Shown here piece after piece: positions 18,614 to 27,960 of a stretch of DNA of 64,000 bases. Within the stretch, counting starts at the first letter, position 1, and the number at the start of each line of letters is the position of its first letter. The stretch is taken from NCBI GenBank assembly GCA_964360585.1, contig CAYHXC010000004.1, forward strand, positions 15,366 to 79,365. Direction: 5' to 3'. Below the pieces are notes generated by a model. The model did no database searches. It was not told where the DNA came from and was given only the letters and a program-made list of their open reading frames with translations. Source of the stretch: an uncultured Candidatus Saccharibacteria bacterium. Lineage in GTDB: Bacteria > Patescibacteriota > Minisyncoccia > UBA6257 > 2-01-FULL-56-20. Made by a program: the position numbers and the translations under genes.

Positions 18614-19300
18614 ATGAGAGTCAGTGCATCTCCAGAGAGGAGACGGACAGGCGTCGTTGTACTTGCAACGGGCTTGCTGTTCGCGGGATTGCTGATTTGG
18701 AAAGGCACCCACCTAGTTGCTGGTTGGATGAACGTGCCAAGCGAGCAAGAGTCGAGTCATTTCTCTGAGGATGTATCACAAGAGAACAGTGTGAGACCGA
18801 AGGGGCAGGAGAACATTCGACACTCTGATGCTGAAGGGCGTTACCACTACGTGATTGTTGAGAGTAGCGTGCTAGAGCGGGACAACTTATCAGAGTCCCC
18901 AGTCTTACTGCATCTCTTTGACAGTTCAGGTCGCCATACTGGGCCACTGGGTGCACTGGGCGCGGAGGAGCAGATTCCCAACAGTCGATACGATCGCGGA
19001 ACCGGGATCCAAACACTCTATTTCGACGATGCGGACACCTACAGCGTACAAATCGTAGGGACAGGAAGTGGCGAGTTTGCGGTACGGATAGGAGCCTTTG
19101 TCGTGAGTGGATCGGAAGAGAGGTTGGTCGCTCCTTTGATATTTCCGGTTCCAATAGTTAGCACAGCGGACCTACGCGCACAGATGACTATCATCGAACG
19201 CATTGATCAACGAACGAAACTTGAGATTGACGTTGATGGAGACGGAGTGGTGGATGAGAGGCTGCAAAGTCGTCCTGATGCAAACAGGGAGAACATTTGA
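18614..19300 (+). CDS. membrane-anchored paralog sharing a 59-aa identical segment with upstream gene
   Basis: N-terminal TM VVVLATGLLFAGLLIW; segment SPVLLHLFDSSGRHTGPLGALGAEEQIPNSRYDRGTGIQTLYFDDADTYSVQIVGTGSG identical to 17762..18595. Confidence 0.45.
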   Translation: MRVSASPERRRTGVVVLATGLLFAGLLIWKGTHLVAGWMNVPSEQESSHFSEDVSQENSVRPKGQENIRHSDAEGRYHYVIVESSVLERDNLSESPVLLHLFDSSGRHTGPLGALGAEEQIPNSRYDRGTGIQTLYFDDADTYSVQIVGTGSGEFAVRIGAFVVSGSEERLVAPLIFPVPIVSTADLRAQMTIIERIDQRTKLEIDVDGDGVVDERLQSRPDANRENI

Positions 19301-19302
19301 CC

Positions 19303-19902
19303 TCACTTGGTGCCGCCTTGAATTTTTCGTGCAACTCCAAGGCAAAGAAGGGCTGCCAGAAGCAGTTGTAGCGTATCCGGAAGTGGGACAGCCCTTACGG
19401 ACCCGTTCGACACGGTGGCTGTTAAGGGATCTCCGAACGAATCTCCCAGCGCATTGACCGACAGGTCCAACGAACTCTTCCCGGGCGACCCGGAGAGGAA
19501 CGTGATTGTCGCTAGCGTGAAGCTGCCCGCTTGCAGCTCGTCAAGATCGAGCGGATCGTCAAACGAAAGCTCGAACAGGTTCAGCAGTCCAGGAACACTG
19601 CCATCAAAGGATGTAAGGCTACCCAACCCGAAGAGGTCTAGCTGATCGCCGAGCAGCGAATCCCCAAAGATAACGTTCGCGAAGGTCACGACGGTGGGAT
19701 CAAAAAATATGTCGACGTCGAAGGTGCTCAAAGAAGGCGCCACAGCATCGCCGAGACCGGATATCGTCAAGTCGACGCTAACCATGGCCCCTGAGCTGAC
19801 CACTTGCACAGAAGGATTAAGCCCGAGGATTGGAGTGCCGTTGGCACGTGTGGCCAACAGGACGATGGCCACAATTGTGCGCACAAAGACGCGGTGCATC
19901 AT
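19303..19902 (-). CDS. cohesin-like secreted protein with C-terminal hydrophobic anchor
   Basis: signal peptide MHRVFVRTIVAIVLLATRA; beta-rich VSVDLTISGL...FDVDIFFDP; C-terminal LPDTLQLLLAALLCLGVARK (PEP-CTERM-like/sortase-like tail). Confidence 0.35.
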   Translation of the reverse strand: MMHRVFVRTIVAIVLLATRANGTPILGLNPSVQVVSSGAMVSVDLTISGLGDAVAPSLSTFDVDIFFDPTVVTFANVIFGDSLLGDQLDLFGLGSLTSFDGSVPGLLNLFELSFDDPLDLDELQAGSFTLATITFLSGSPGKSSLDLSVNALGDSFGDPLTATVSNGSVRAVPLPDTLQLLLAALLCLGVARKIQGGTK

Positions 19903-20069
19903 TATCCCCCCTGCCGATGCGTTACAGCCGTGTTGATTTGCTATCAATGACAGCCTCACCCACTCCAAGCATTTTTGTCAAACGATGAAATTGCGTCCGG
20001 CTCAGGCCGGATTTTCGCTTTACTTTCGTTTATCCGGTGGTATCATGAATCTCGAACCTAATCGCCCTT

Positions 20070-21083
20070 ATGTTCGGAATAACGGGGTGGTGTGGTGCTG
20101 TGGACATGGACAACAGGGGCCTCATTCTCGGGAATAATCCCGAACATAACGTTCCGGCCATCCTCGGGGGGGCCAACCAGAGCCTGCGATCACTCGCCAA
20201 GGCGTACTTCGTAACCGAAGTAGCCGGGCAGGCTAAGGGGACGATCGAGGCCAAGCACCACGACCTCACCCGGTTCATCGCGTTCTACGAGACGCTCCTG
20301 GGTCACGACGATCCGCGCGAGTGGTACCGATCCGTTACGCGCGAGTTTCTGAAGCAGCTCGCTCACGGCGAACTGTCTCAGGCGACCATCGTCCGCACCT
20401 ACGCCAGCGTCCGGCACTTCGCGCGGTGGATCCACTTCAAAGTGAGGCCCTTCCCGCTCGGCTGCCCGTGCGATGACGTGAAGCCTCCGGCCGAACCTGA
20501 ATCCGAATGGAAAGGACTCAGCCGGGCCGACGAGCTCCGACTCCTCGGAGCGGCGCAGACGCTTCGCATCCGTCCCGGTCGCGGCACGAACCAGGGACTT
20601 CGCGATCACGCCGCGATCGCCGTCTTACTCGGATCAGGACTGCGAGTCTCGGAGTTGTTGTCGCTGAAGCGAGAACAGTACACCGGCCGCGGTTTCCGGA
20701 ACGTCCTCGTGAAAGGCGGTCGCATCCGCGACTCCGTCCCAGTGCAGAAGGAAGCCCGGGACGTACTCGAACAATGGCTCGCCGCCTGCGGCACGGATCC
20801 CGGACCGATCTTCACCACGCGTAGCGGCAGGTCGCTCACGCGCCACCAGCTCTTCGAGATTCTCCAGCGTGTCGCCGACCAAGCCAACGCCCACCGGAAG
20901 GATGGCGAGCCGATCCACGTCTCCCCACACGTGTTGAGACACACCTTCCTCCGAAAGCTCGCTGAGGAGAAGGGCGTCCACTACGCTAAGGAAGCAAGCG
21001 GACACAAAAGCGACTGCTACATCTGGCGGTACGTGAAACCAAGTCAGCAGACACTCGCCGACGCGATCGACGGCTTGGCGTAG
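20070..21083 (+). CDS. tyrosine site-specific recombinase/integrase (XerD-like)
   Basis: catalytic R...HxxR...Y: RVSELLSL, HVLRHTFLRKL, GHKSDCYIWRY. Confidence 0.8.
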   Translation: MFGITGWCGAVDMDNRGLILGNNPEHNVPAILGGANQSLRSLAKAYFVTEVAGQAKGTIEAKHHDLTRFIAFYETLLGHDDPREWYRSVTREFLKQLAHGELSQATIVRTYASVRHFARWIHFKVRPFPLGCPCDDVKPPAEPESEWKGLSRADELRLLGAAQTLRIRPGRGTNQGLRDHAAIAVLLGSGLRVSELLSLKREQYTGRGFRNVLVKGGRIRDSVPVQKEARDVLEQWLAACGTDPGPIFTTRSGRSLTRHQLFEILQRVADQANAHRKDGEPIHVSPHVLRHTFLRKLAEEKGVHYAKEASGHKSDCYIWRYVKPSQQTLADAIDGLA

Positions 21084-21104
21084 CAACACCCGAATGCTAA
21101 CAAG

Positions 21105-22601
21105 TTGCCCCGCTCAGCATCATTCGCCTTGCTCGGGCAACGGCGGTCAGCAAATCGCGCTAAGTGCATTAGTTGTGAAACACCGATGCCCACCTCGGCA
21201 AAACCAAGCGGCGCAGTGGTCGCCAAATTGCGGGCTCTTGCCCTCCAAGAGGAACTGGAAAATCGCCTCAAGCGCCACCATCCCGATGACCTGATTCCAC
21301 ACTTGGCGAGGCGTCTTGCGAATGTCCTCAAGGAACCTCGCCTCATGGCATCTTGGCCACCGCATTTTCTGGCTCACGCTATTGCAGCGAACTGTGCCTT
21401 TCACCGCCCTTGCTACCGCGATGCCATCACCGATGATCGAATCCGACGTCTGGTGAATGTATACCACCAACATCCAGATCCGGTCCCGGACTATTTTCTC
21501 GAGCAGGAGCAGCGCATCGACCTGTTCTTGATCAACACTGCACGTCAGCAGTTCTACCTTCAGCACGGCGAAGCGCAACCCGACATTGCACGTGCCATAC
21601 TTCTCTTCGACGAGAGCGCGTACGGAAAGACGCTCGTCAACATCCGCGCCCACCTTGGCTTCGGCTTTTCCGACTGGATCAAGTTCCTCTTCATACTAAG
21701 CGCGGCGGTGATGAGGCGCCCTGGCATGATCATTGAGCCCAGTTATTTTCACGACATGCCCCCGAGCATTCTCCCCGCTAGCACGATTCGTGCATTGGTC
21801 AGCGCCATCTCCCAATCTGCTCCCGACGTCGCCGCGGCATATCTAAAGCTTCGCTCGACGCTTCAAGGCTTGATATTCAATCTGTACGTCCCCAGTGTGT
21901 TTCTTAAGCGGCCCCTGTTTTGCATGACGGACGGCCATTACGTGGCAGTTCATAAACTATTTCTCCGAGGACTCATCACAGGTGGGCTATTTGATCTCGC
22001 GCGGGAGCATTCGCCAGTGACGTTCGGCGAAGAATTTGGGGACGCCTTTGAACGTTATACAGGTTCCATCTTGGCCGCTATTCCTGAAGCTCGCGTCTTC
22101 ACAGAAAAAAACTTGCAGAAGTACACAGGCAAGAAGGTGTGCGATTTCGCCGTAGTTGGCGATGCGTACGTTCTGTTTGTCGAGGCGAAGGGTACGGAGT
22201 ATCGTTCCTTATTCGCTTCGGACGGTGCCCTCCGCGGTGATAATTCGACCACAAAGCTCGGCGAGGCTGTCGACCAGGTTACATCAACAGCTCGCCTGAC
22301 GAGGAGTGGCGAGTTTCAAGAGCTCTTCGGCGATACCAGCGGGAAAAAGCTAATCGCGGGCATTGTAACGTTCCGCCATATCTATTTCGCGAATGGCGAC
22401 CCCTATTGGACAGATTTTATACTTCCGCGGGTCAAAACGGTCGATGAGGTCGCACTCGGATCCCTGTTTGCTTTTAGGCCGCAGGTCTTTGATATTCGGT
22501 CCTTGGAGATGCACTTTGGAGGCTCTGCGAGGTGGCTTCCCAGTTTTTCATTTGCCGATAAGGGGAGAGAAGAACACCCTCTATGTTCCTCGGAAGATTA
22601 A
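21105..22601 (+). CDS. hypothetical 498-aa protein, possible C-terminal PD-(D/E)xK-like motif
   Basis: KKVCDFAVVGDAYVLFVEAKG resembles a D...ExK nuclease core; otherwise no motif. Confidence 0.35.
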   Translation: MPRSASFALLGQRRSANRAKCISCETPMPTSAKPSGAVVAKLRALALQEELENRLKRHHPDDLIPHLARRLANVLKEPRLMASWPPHFLAHAIAANCAFHRPCYRDAITDDRIRRLVNVYHQHPDPVPDYFLEQEQRIDLFLINTARQQFYLQHGEAQPDIARAILLFDESAYGKTLVNIRAHLGFGFSDWIKFLFILSAAVMRRPGMIIEPSYFHDMPPSILPASTIRALVSAISQSAPDVAAAYLKLRSTLQGLIFNLYVPSVFLKRPLFCMTDGHYVAVHKLFLRGLITGGLFDLAREHSPVTFGEEFGDAFERYTGSILAAIPEARVFTEKNLQKYTGKKVCDFAVVGDAYVLFVEAKGTEYRSLFASDGALRGDNSTTKLGEAVDQVTSTARLTRSGEFQELFGDTSGKKLIAGIVTFRHIYFANGDPYWTDFILPRVKTVDEVALGSLFAFRPQVFDIRSLEMHFGGSARWLPSFSFADKGREEHPLCSSED

Positions 22602-22735
22602 ATTGCCTCCTGATTTTTGGTTTATCATTAATGGTAGAAGCTCTATCATTCTATCTGCCAGTGCTTATCCACCTCGGAAAACGTAGGTGGTTTTTTATTT
22701 TGCCAATAAAAAACCGTTGTCCAAGGGGACGGCGG

Positions 22736-23014
22736 TTAACGGATGGGGAACCAGAGGTAGCCTAAAAGAACGAAAAGAAGCATATGAGCAGAGAGGCCAA
22801 GAAGTCTAGGAAGGCCGTCTCCTACTTGAGGTTTCCAGGGAAGAAAGTTTGCCCAGATTGTTGCCAGGTACACAACAACTGGATTTCTCTTCTCCCATTC
22901 ACGCTGTCCTTCTAAGATCCATTCTCGAGGAGCCCAGCTCCAGAAGAAGAGAGCGAGATAAACAAGTAGTACGATCATGCGCCAGACAAGTTGCGATGGC
23001 TCTTGAGGATGCAT
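22736..23014 (-). CDS. small hypothetical membrane protein
   Basis: two TM helices. Confidence 0.3.
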   Translation of the reverse strand: MHPQEPSQLVWRMIVLLVYLALFFWSWAPREWILEGQREWEKRNPVVVYLATIWANFLPWKPQVGDGLPRLLGLSAHMLLFVLLGYLWFPIR

Positions 23015-23114
23015 GAATGTTTCCTCCTCCTCTATTTTTAGGATTCTCTATTTAATCTGTCAATGTATATACAAAGTAGCTAGTTTTCGGGGAGTGGTTT
23101 AGAATCTGGGGTAT

Positions 23115-24113
23115 ATGACCCAGCCAGTACCCGAGGAGACAATTGATGCCAGTGTTGACCAGGCGCTTCGGCCGCAGAAGTGGGCGGAGTATGTTGGCCA
23201 GGAGAAGATCAAGGAGAACTTGCGGATTATGATCGCGGCGGCCAAGCAGCGCGGCGAGATGACCGACCACATGCTTTTTTCCGGCCAGGCGGGCTTGGGG
23301 AAGACGACCTTGGCGAACTTGGTGGCGATGGAGTTGGGGAGCGGCATTCGGATTACGTCCGGGCCGGCTTTGGAAAAGATGGGCGATTTGGCGGCGATTT
23401 TGACCAATCTTGAAAACGGCGACGTGCTCTTTATAGATGAAGCGCACCGGATGAACCGGATGATCGAAGAGGTGTTGTATCCGGCGATGGAGAGTCGGAA
23501 GTTGCACCTGATGATTGGCAAAGGCCCGGCGGCGCGAAGTATTACGTTGGACCTGCCGGCGTTTACGTTGATCGCGGCGACGACGCGCGAGAGTTTGTTG
23601 TCCGGGCCATTGCGATCGCGGTTCGGCGCGACTTTTCGTTTGGAGTATTACGACCACGACGATATCTCTACTATTATTTCTCGCTCGGCCACGATTTTGA
23701 GAACACCGATTAATGAGGAAGGAATTGGAATCTTAGCGAAGGCCTCGCGTGGCACGCCTCGATTGGCCAATCGTTTGCTCCGTCGCGCGCGCGATTCGAT
23801 GCAAGTGCAAGGCGTGGCGCAGATTACCGAAGCGGTGGCCAGAGAAACCCTGCGGCTTTTGGAGATCGACGAGATTGGTCTTGAGCCGCACGACCGGAAG
23901 ATATTGGAAACGATTATTAAAAAGTTTGCTGGCGGGCCGGTCGGATTAGGAACGCTCGCCGCCGCCTTAACCGAAGATCGCGGCACGCTCGAAGAAATCT
24001 TTGAACCGTACTTGATGAAGATCGGATTTTTACAACGCACCCCAGCCGGCCGTGTGGCGCTTTCTCCGGCATACGATCACCTTAAAATCCGTCGATCAGG
24101 AGAATTGCTTTGA
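23115..24113 (+). CDS. ruvB: Holliday junction branch-migration helicase RuvB
   Basis: Walker A GQAGLGKTTLA, Walker B LFIDEAHR, sensor motifs, C-terminal winged helix. Confidence 0.9.
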   Translation: MTQPVPEETIDASVDQALRPQKWAEYVGQEKIKENLRIMIAAAKQRGEMTDHMLFSGQAGLGKTTLANLVAMELGSGIRITSGPALEKMGDLAAILTNLENGDVLFIDEAHRMNRMIEEVLYPAMESRKLHLMIGKGPAARSITLDLPAFTLIAATTRESLLSGPLRSRFGATFRLEYYDHDDISTIISRSATILRTPINEEGIGILAKASRGTPRLANRLLRRARDSMQVQGVAQITEAVARETLRLLEIDEIGLEPHDRKILETIIKKFAGGPVGLGTLAAALTEDRGTLEEIFEPYLMKIGFLQRTPAGRVALSPAYDHLKIRRSGELL

Positions 24114-24120
24114 AGTAAAA

Positions 24121-24876
24121 ATGATTAAACCATCCGATTATTTTAACGAGTTGCTTGAAAAGGCGAAGCAGGACGACAACATTATTGGCTTCTTTGCAGT
24201 GGGTTCACGAGGCAAGGGGTACGAAAATGAATCTTCTGACTACGATCTCTGTCTTATTGTGAAAAATGAGACCCTCGAAGAGTATAAGAAAAAGTTTGGA
24301 GACAAAGTGCCAGAAGTTTATCTGTCAGTCATGTCTCTCGCGGAGCTTTCGGATTATGCGAACTGGCAGAGCGATTTTCATTGGGATCGGTACGACTTTG
24401 CTCACGTTAAGGCCTTGGTGGATAAAACTGGAGAAGTCCAAAAGATCATTGATGAGAAAGGTTCTTTGCCAAAAGAGAGGCAGGAAGAATTTATAAACGC
24501 ACAGATCGATGCTTATATGAATGGTTTATTTCGGTCAGTGAAGTCGTACAGAAAGAATGATCGGGTAGGAATACGACTCGAATCTGCCGCTTCAATTCCG
24601 CATCTACTCAATATGCTTTTTGCTCTTGAGGGACGAATCGCTCCTTTTCCCGATTACCTTTCCCGAGAACTCAAGAGCCGCCCACTCAAAAAGCTCCCCT
24701 GGCCTTCTGAGAAGTTATTAGAAGCTTTGCTTCGTATTTTGGAAGATGGCGATCTAAAAACTCAACAGGAGCTAGCAAAAACCGTAGAGAAAGTTTGTCG
24801 TGAAGAGGGCTACGGCAAGGCCTTTGATGGATGGGAAGGAAAAGATAAGTGGGCAATGGAATATGCGCGAGATTGA
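24121..24876 (+). CDS. nucleotidyltransferase (Pol-beta superfamily) domain protein
   Basis: GS-X-DXD motif FFAVGSRGKGYENESSDYDLCLIV. Confidence 0.55.
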   Translation: MIKPSDYFNELLEKAKQDDNIIGFFAVGSRGKGYENESSDYDLCLIVKNETLEEYKKKFGDKVPEVYLSVMSLAELSDYANWQSDFHWDRYDFAHVKALVDKTGEVQKIIDEKGSLPKERQEEFINAQIDAYMNGLFRSVKSYRKNDRVGIRLESAASIPHLLNMLFALEGRIAPFPDYLSRELKSRPLKKLPWPSEKLLEALLRILEDGDLKTQQELAKTVEKVCREEGYGKAFDGWEGKDKWAMEYARD

Positions 24877-25441
24877 AGTTAAGGCAAAAGTTGATAGTTT
24901 CGACGAGATCAAAAAGAAACTCGAAGATATGGGGTGTGTATTTTCTGAACCGCTCGTACAGCACGATATTATCTACGCTGAAGAGGGGAAAGAGTTTTTG
25001 GTGGAGGCAAAAGTTGGACATCGGGTGGTGCGGTTACGGCGGGAAAATGGCCCGCTTCGCCAAGGCGTGAGCGAGGCGAGCCGGGCGATTTTTAATATGA
25101 AGCAGCAGCAGTCAAATGAGCTGGATAGTATCGAAAAGGAAACAGAGGTCGGCGATCTGGATGCGATGCATGCGATTCTTCTGGCCTTGGGATTTCGGCC
25201 GGAAGTGGAGGTGAAGAAGAAGCGTTTGAAGACCCATTATCAAGAGTACGAAATCTGTCTCGACGAAGTTGAAAAGTTAGGAACGTTTATCGAAGTGGAA
25301 AAAATGACCGCTGATGAGATTGATGCCGCCAGTGTGCAGGAAGAATTATTCACGTTTCTAGAATCGTTGGGCGTGAAGCGAGATCAAGAACAGAAACGCG
25401 GATACGACACGCAAATCTATAAATTAGAACATCAAACATGA
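24863..25441 (+). CDS. CYTH-domain protein (class IV adenylyl cyclase / triphosphatase fold)
   Basis: N-terminal EIEVKAKV signature of CYTH; overlaps upstream gene by 14 nt. Confidence 0.55.
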   Translation: MREIEVKAKVDSFDEIKKKLEDMGCVFSEPLVQHDIIYAEEGKEFLVEAKVGHRVVRLRRENGPLRQGVSEASRAIFNMKQQQSNELDSIEKETEVGDLDAMHAILLALGFRPEVEVKKKRLKTHYQEYEICLDEVEKLGTFIEVEKMTADEIDAASVQEELFTFLESLGVKRDQEQKRGYDTQIYKLEHQT

Positions 25442-26004
25442 AACGGGCGATTATTGTTCATTGTTGGGGTGGGAGTCCAGAGTATTGTTGGTATCCTTCC
25501 GTTAAAAAGGAATTGGAGGGTAAAGGATTTCAGGTTGAGGTTCCGGCTATGCCCGATACGGACAAGCCCAATTTGCATACTTGGTTGCCGAAACTGAAGG
25601 AGACGGTTGGTCGGGCTGACAAAGATACGTTTCTCATTGGTCATAGCGCGGGGTGTATTACGATACTGCGTTATTTAGAATCGCTGCCTGATGGGGAAGA
25701 GATTGGTGGAGCTGTGCTTGTCGCCGGATTTTTGGACGACCTGGGATTTGCGGAGCTCAAGAATTTTTTTGAAACGCCGATTGATTTCGAAAAAATAAAA
25801 GCGAAGTGTAAAAACTTTGTGGCGATTATGTCTGACAACGATCCCTATGTGCCCCTTGATCGTGCCGCTACTCTCAAAGAAAAACTGGGAGCCGAGGTTA
25901 TCATCAAGCACGGCATGAATCATTTTTCTGGTCCCGTCGATAAGGAAGAGTCGTGCGTTGAACTGCCAGATGTTGTGAGTGTCATAGAAAATTTAATCCT
26001 GTGA
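25438..26004 (+). CDS. alpha/beta serine hydrolase (RBBP9/YdeN family)
   Basis: IVHCWGGSPE N-terminus, nucleophile elbow GHSAGC. Confidence 0.6.
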   Translation: MKRAIIVHCWGGSPEYCWYPSVKKELEGKGFQVEVPAMPDTDKPNLHTWLPKLKETVGRADKDTFLIGHSAGCITILRYLESLPDGEEIGGAVLVAGFLDDLGFAELKNFFETPIDFEKIKAKCKNFVAIMSDNDPYVPLDRAATLKEKLGAEVIIKHGMNHFSGPVDKEESCVELPDVVSVIENLIL

Positions 26005-26061
26005 GAAATTAGAAAAAGGGGATGCGTACCAAGATTTGTTGCCTATGATATAATCAGCTTC

Positions 26062-26849
26062 ATGAAGACCTTGCGGCAGTGCGGAATGATTGTATTTCTT
26101 TTTGGAGGGATTTTATTTTTCGATTCCATAACAGCTTATGCTGCTAATCAAGTATGCCTTGATACTAATAAAATATATGCTGGTTTGACTGAGTGTCGAC
26201 GTGAGTGTGACTGGGCTCAGTGTAAAGGATATGTCGGAAATGTTCAGCCTGGGAATTCAGATCCGCGAGTAGGTTCCCAGCCTTACGGGCCCGCGACTGG
26301 GAAGTGGCAATGTCCAGATAATATTGGATCTAACTTCGCAGTTTTCTATGGAACCGCCGGTGAGTGTCGTGATAATTGCTCTGAGTCTTGCATAAATGTT
26401 TCTAAAGCACCTTCAATGTCCCCTCCTTCTTCCCCTCCGGCTACTACTGAAGATGACGATATTCCCCCTCCCCCAAGAAGAGATGATGTTCCTCCTGCAC
26501 CGCCTCAAACAGAGAATCCTTATTATCCCGAAGAATACGAAACACCCCCTTCTCGTCCTTATCCGACCTTTACCCGGCCGCCAGGTAGTGAAGCTCCTGT
26601 TACTACCGTAGGGGGTTTTTAGGAATTATTGTAGGTGTAATTGATCTTGCACAAGTAGTATTCTGGATTCTAGCGGCTGGTTTCGGTCTTTGGGGCGCCT
26701 ACCTATATCTTTTTTCTCAGGGCAACACTGAGTCGCTGACTCAAGCTAAGAAAATGATGATCTATACAGTAGTAGCGATTTTGCTCGCCATTCTGGCCTA
26801 CGGAATTCCAGCGATTGTGTCCAATTTTGTTTCCATAGGAACAATCTAG
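26062..26849 (+). pseudogene. T4SS-pilin-like (TrbC/VirB2-like) paralog interrupted by +1 frameshift at G5T5 run
   Basis: 26062..26622 encodes signal peptide + Cys-rich + Pro-rich part; 26622..26849 (other frame, no ATG) encodes conserved C-terminal VIDLAQVVFWILAAGFGLWGAYLYLF...AYGIP domain; junction at GGGGGTTTTT 26611-26620. Confidence 0.5.
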
Positions 26850-26890
26850 AGGGTCTTTCTCTGGCCTAATTTTAATAATATAATTTCCTT

Positions 26891-27514
26891 ATGAATAAAT
26901 TTGAAAGAGCTGAAGAGGGAGGGTCTCCAACCCAGGAGGCTGTCGAACGTCGTCTTCCTCGAGAGGCCGCGCTACAACACGAGGAGGGAGTTATGGACCG
27001 GTTTCGTGGAAGAGCAAAAACATTTGCTCGGGCAATGATTATTATGTCCGCTATTTCTTTTGGCGCTATGGCAAGAGAAGCTTCTGCCGGGGAAGGGTTA
27101 CGAGTGGATCAAGGGGAGTCTGTCGAAGAATTCGAAGATAGAGAGGCAGCGGAAGAACGAGCGGTTGCATTTTTAGATACTCTGAGAGGTGCTAAAGCTC
27201 CAGATCGTATCACTCATCCTGGACAGAAGCGTCTCATGGCCGAGGAAGATGGGCGCACCAAGATTCAGATCTTTGCTGCTCAGGAAAAGAATGGTGGCCG
27301 TCCGGTAGGAGAAGGAGAAACAGTCAAGGTAAGTTTTCAGGAACTGTGTGGGACGTTAGATGTTCTGAACCAGGCCAGCGGTGAATTTGCCGATCGTTAC
27401 CTTGGGAATAAAGACGGAAAAGTTGACGGAAGCGACGTAACTGAAATGCAAAAGGCCAGCGTCACGAACCCTGGGTTTAAAGCTCTTGTCGAGTTGACTG
27501 CTCAGTGTCGATAA
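26891..27514 (+). CDS. hypothetical protein
   Basis: 207 aa ORF, acidic, possible internal signal-like segment MIIMSAISFGAMA. Confidence 0.35.
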   Translation: MNKFERAEEGGSPTQEAVERRLPREAALQHEEGVMDRFRGRAKTFARAMIIMSAISFGAMAREASAGEGLRVDQGESVEEFEDREAAEERAVAFLDTLRGAKAPDRITHPGQKRLMAEEDGRTKIQIFAAQEKNGGRPVGEGETVKVSFQELCGTLDVLNQASGEFADRYLGNKDGKVDGSDVTEMQKASVTNPGFKALVELTAQCR

Positions 27515-27518
27515 AAAC

Positions 27519-27791
27519 ATGGAAACACATTTTCGAAAAATTAAACTGCTTCTCGAATCATCTTCGCTTTCAGATTTGGATCGGGACGAGCTACTCGTAG
27601 CACTCCTTCTTGTTACCGATGAACAATTAGGACCCATACACGAGCTTCTTAAAGAGGATATTTCCTGGGCAGATAAGCTATTCGAGAACTATCGAAGCAA
27701 GAAAGGGGCTATCAGACACGATGACAAAGATTTCTGGGAGATGATTATGAAAGAAGAAGAATCGGAGGCTACAAAGCTAGAGAGCAACTGA
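27519..27791 (+). CDS. hypothetical protein
   Basis: 90 aa ORF directly after upstream gene. Confidence 0.3.
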   Translation: METHFRKIKLLLESSSLSDLDRDELLVALLLVTDEQLGPIHELLKEDISWADKLFENYRSKKGAIRHDDKDFWEMIMKEEESEATKLESN

Positions 27792-27960
27792 TCCTTAGAG
27801 GCGTTGGTATCAAAAAGATAATTATTACTAGGCAGAAGAGAGGATGCTATGGGCCTGAAAAAGGGGTCATTTTTGCCAAGCCGCTAGGCTAGGAAAAAGC
27901 GACGATTACTGGAATATTGCCTATTTTCAAGATCTTTGAAGTAACTATAATCAGGGAATC

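Larger units (their letters stand above)
12845..22600. mobile_element. GC-rich genomic island (integrase, ParDE, nuclease operon, surface proteins)
   Basis: abrupt shift from ~45-50% to ~58-62% GC; tyrosine integrase; TA module; no housekeeping genes; GC drops again after a terminator-like hairpin near 22700. Confidence 0.7.

Noticed and set aside
23052-24040. Minus-strand ORFs (201, 140, 130 aa) antisense to ruvB
   Set aside because: Shadow ORFs inside a gene with unambiguous RuvB motifs.
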